Shown here in pieces: positions 60,756-64,000 of a stretch of DNA of 64,000 nucleotides. The stretch comes from Pocillopora damicornis (taxonomy: Eukaryota). Under the pieces are notes generated by a model, which did not search any database, was not told where the DNA came from, and worked only from the letters and a program-made list of their open reading frames with translations. The stretch spans positions 62,001 through 126,000 of the forward strand of contig NW_020845631.1 in the NCBI RefSeq assembly GCF_003704095.1, given 5' to 3'. Numbering within the stretch: position 1 is the first letter of the stretch; every line of letters begins with the position of its first letter. A program made the translations under genes and the position numbers.

Positions 60756-63700
60756 TGAAACTAGGAGAATTTAAATAAAACTAAGAACAATCTTTCAAGT
60801 AATTTCAATTTATTTTTCTCACCCAAATTCAAAGTAAGTAGTTTTTCCGAGCGAGATTCTGTTCATTAAGAGGTCATTTATGGCACTATGTGGCGTTGTT
60901 TATAATTTTTTTTTCTAAAATATCTCTACTCTGAGGAACCTGAATTAAGCTACTCCCCGCGGGTGCCCTCTTAATACGGCTCAACTGTATAAAGGAATAT
61001 CAAGAATGCGTCTCTTGCGTGTTTTTCGGTGTTCCAATGACTTGTGGGCAGGCTTTTAGCTGCATCAATCCTTTCTGTTACAGTGAAATCCCGAAAATGG
61101 AGTAAAAAAAGGAACACTCGCCCATGAACAGGGCTATCTTCCTTAACATCTGTCACTTTCTTCATTTACCAGATTAGAAACCGGGGTTTGATACTCTGCC
61201 TGTGCAATGATAGCTAATGTAACTCGTAACAGGTATTTCATTTTAATTTTGGGAGAATCTAAGTAACCAATATCCACAAACAAATGCAGAGGTGATGAAG
61301 CAGACCCCAAAAACTCAGTAAAATCTGGTTACCACGAGCCATGCAAAAGTATTTTTTAGACAACCAAATAAGACAAATGAAGCTGTCATTTTTCTCAACA
61401 CACATTGTGGAACTTTCAATTTTCCATTAGTTCACATTAAACATATCCAGTGCCTAGACCTCAAAAAAAGATTTTTTTTGTTGTTGTGACAATTATTCCG
61501 CAGAAAAATAGATTGTTCCCACTAAAACTTGATAAAACATTTATGATTTCGGTTTGTTTTCATATAACATTCACACAACATTACCCATTTTCCACTTAAA
61601 AAACAAATAACAGTGGTAAAAACTCTTCCTTAAAAATAGGCTGTCATAGGTAGAGTCTGTGGCTCAACCGACCCACGAGACACAGTCCACCCGAGGACTG
61701 TGGTATGTAAAGCTTCATTTGCAAGTAAATGGCCAAAAAACCTCTCTTAATCCACTCCTTCAGGCGTGCATGCACATCAAGATCAATTAGTGAATACAAA
61801 ACTCTTCAGTGCAGCCTTTTTTAAGTTCTTTTCTTCTCTGGAATGATTCAAATAGCTGCTGATAAAGAGAAACTTTGCAGCTGACTTCAGTTCGCTAAAA
61901 ATAGCCGAAAATACTCTGTAAATCTGCCAGCCATGCAACAGAACACTACAATGAGATAATAAAGAAGGCTCATGTTACTTTTTCGTTTTTAGGCACACCA
62001 TCTATCACGGAATAGAGAGCGATCATCGTGACCAATTAGCTTGCAGTCTTTGTGAGGAACGCTAATAGATTTACACTAACTTTTGTGTGAATTTTGAAAA
62101 AGAACCTTCAATATTTTCTCCCCAAAAAAGATCGTACAACCGATGTTGTAAATAAGGACACTGGCAGCTTACAGATCTGATTAGTTATTTCAGTTGGTGT
62201 TGGAAGATTCAGCCAGTAATCGGAGTGGACTAGTAACATAGAATAGTTCAAGAAGTATTAAGCTCACCTTGCGCATGTAGGTTTGAAATTAAATGAAAAA
62301 CGCGCATCTATTTAAACCAACAAAGCGCAACTTCATGTAAATCTTTGCATAATACGCTGACAGCTGTAAATATTTAATTTGCAACGGAACAGACGTATCG
62401 AAACTGGAATATTTGAGGAAACACCTCAAAGAAATTGTCGTCAAATAAAACTATGTTGAAAGTTCCAGTTTAAAAGTAATACTTTCATACGACCGATAAC
62501 CAACCGACGGATTCTTTAAAAGCTCCATCTCCATGATAAAAACGGCAGGCCCTAATACACTTGAGTAACGCATGTAATGTAAAAAGCACCGGGCTCTTTA
62601 TTCACGAAAAATGAAAAATGACTTTACTTTTGAATTCTATCAAAACTACTAAATTGTGATTGAGGTATAATTCAGCTCTCCGGAGTAACATTCAGTCGTC
62701 TTTCATTCCTAAAATTCGCGTTATTGAAAGGTTCAGAAAACTGTAACCAGTAACTAATAACGATTAGACATAGACTTTATGTGATAGTCTCTTACACTGG
62801 ACAACACTGTAACAGTCCTAGAGAATCCACTGACGCTTATTTGGCTCTTTTGAATGATTTCACATTTCTGAAATGTGTCAGTGTGAGGTCGTACATCCGC
62901 ATCTTTCGCCCGAATGAATCGATAATTAAATGGTAGAGATTTGAAGGTCATCATTGACTAATCCAATTAACATCTTACATCAACTATGCAAACAAACAAC
63001 TTACTTCACAGCTCTAAAACTTGTATGTCAATTGCACTTTCCAGTCATTTTCAGCTCTTAAAACACCACGTTGAGGATGATTATTCAATTCTTCATCTTC
63101 GCAGAAAAAACAGCCGGTGTATCGCGACTAATGTTCAGTTGTTATAAGCAGTGAACGATTGATTAAATACTCACAAAGTGAGTCAGTTGTCGTTTCGGAT
63201 TGATATGTTAGCTTCAGTGAGGCACTCTTCACTATAGTTGTTTTAAACCTTCTCCAATGTTTAAACTACGAATGTTTTGTGCACCGGGTCCTTCGTGTGT
63301 CTCATGAATCACACACACTACGTTAATAATAAAGGATTAATTAAACACAAAAACATTTGAACTTACAAGAACTGACCCTGCTATGCAGAACGTGGTTTAA
63401 AGAGGACAATCTGTTCTTCTCAAAACCTTCAAAAAAGATCACGACGTACATAAATACGTACCACAATAATCAGCCGATGGAGAATGTTATCTTGTCACTT
63501 TCTGGGATTTGATTGATTCTGATCTTCTTAGCAACTTGGTAAAGTATTCACAAGGTTAAATTTTATTCAAAAACACAAATTATAGAATATGCATCACAAT
63601 ACAAGGCTAAACCTTTGATAGTAATTTGACCACATTCATTATCTCCTTCACACACCTCCTATGTGTGTCTTATCATTACAGGTCAAGTACAAGGCCAGCT

Positions 63701-64000
63701 GCTAATGGCTCCTTGGGTCTCTTGTACAGTATGGTATAACAAAGGTTATAAATCGTTCAATCCATTTTAAGTCAATGTATGAAAGCGCTAATTGTCACAG
63801 ATCCCCGGTTCTATACTTTGCAAGAATATTTAAAAGAGTTTTGTCAAGCTATGTGAACACTCAACTGGAATTTTTTCGATTCTTTTCAGGGGGGATTAAC
63901 TTCTATCAAAGTTAGCCTTTAAGTGGGTTTCAACTGGTGCTGTGATTCGATTCGGCAAACGAAAACAATCAACTCCCAAAGCCACTTTTCACAATTAATG

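Overview
AT-rich animal genomic DNA. The repeat families and gene content look like a stony coral or other anthozoan cnidarian (inference). The left half holds one complete 29-exon ABCC4/MRP4-like ABC transporter gene on the minus strand (4464..25901, about 1445 aa). I traced its exons by hand through GT-AG junctions in consistent phase. Just upstream is a nest of transposons: a decayed Gypsy LTR element, interrupted by a non-autonomous Ginger1-type DNA transposon with a CCGG target-site duplication, next to a young Neptune-type Penelope-like element (PLE) with an inverted 5' copy, a 13-bp TSD and two intact minimal hammerhead ribozymes. The right half holds a cluster of class A GPCRs with single coding exons: three intact and one pseudogene. 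All four share an unusual signature of D3.32 and K7.39 with no C3.25. The most notable observations are this GPCR signature, the rewired substrate pocket of the MRP4 homologue (W995/R998-equivalents are P/E), the ribozyme-bearing PLEs, the Ginger1 insertion and a 141-bp hairpin downstream of ABCC4. There is a 100-N assembly gap at 30228..30327. No rRNA, tRNA gene or CRISPR array was seen.
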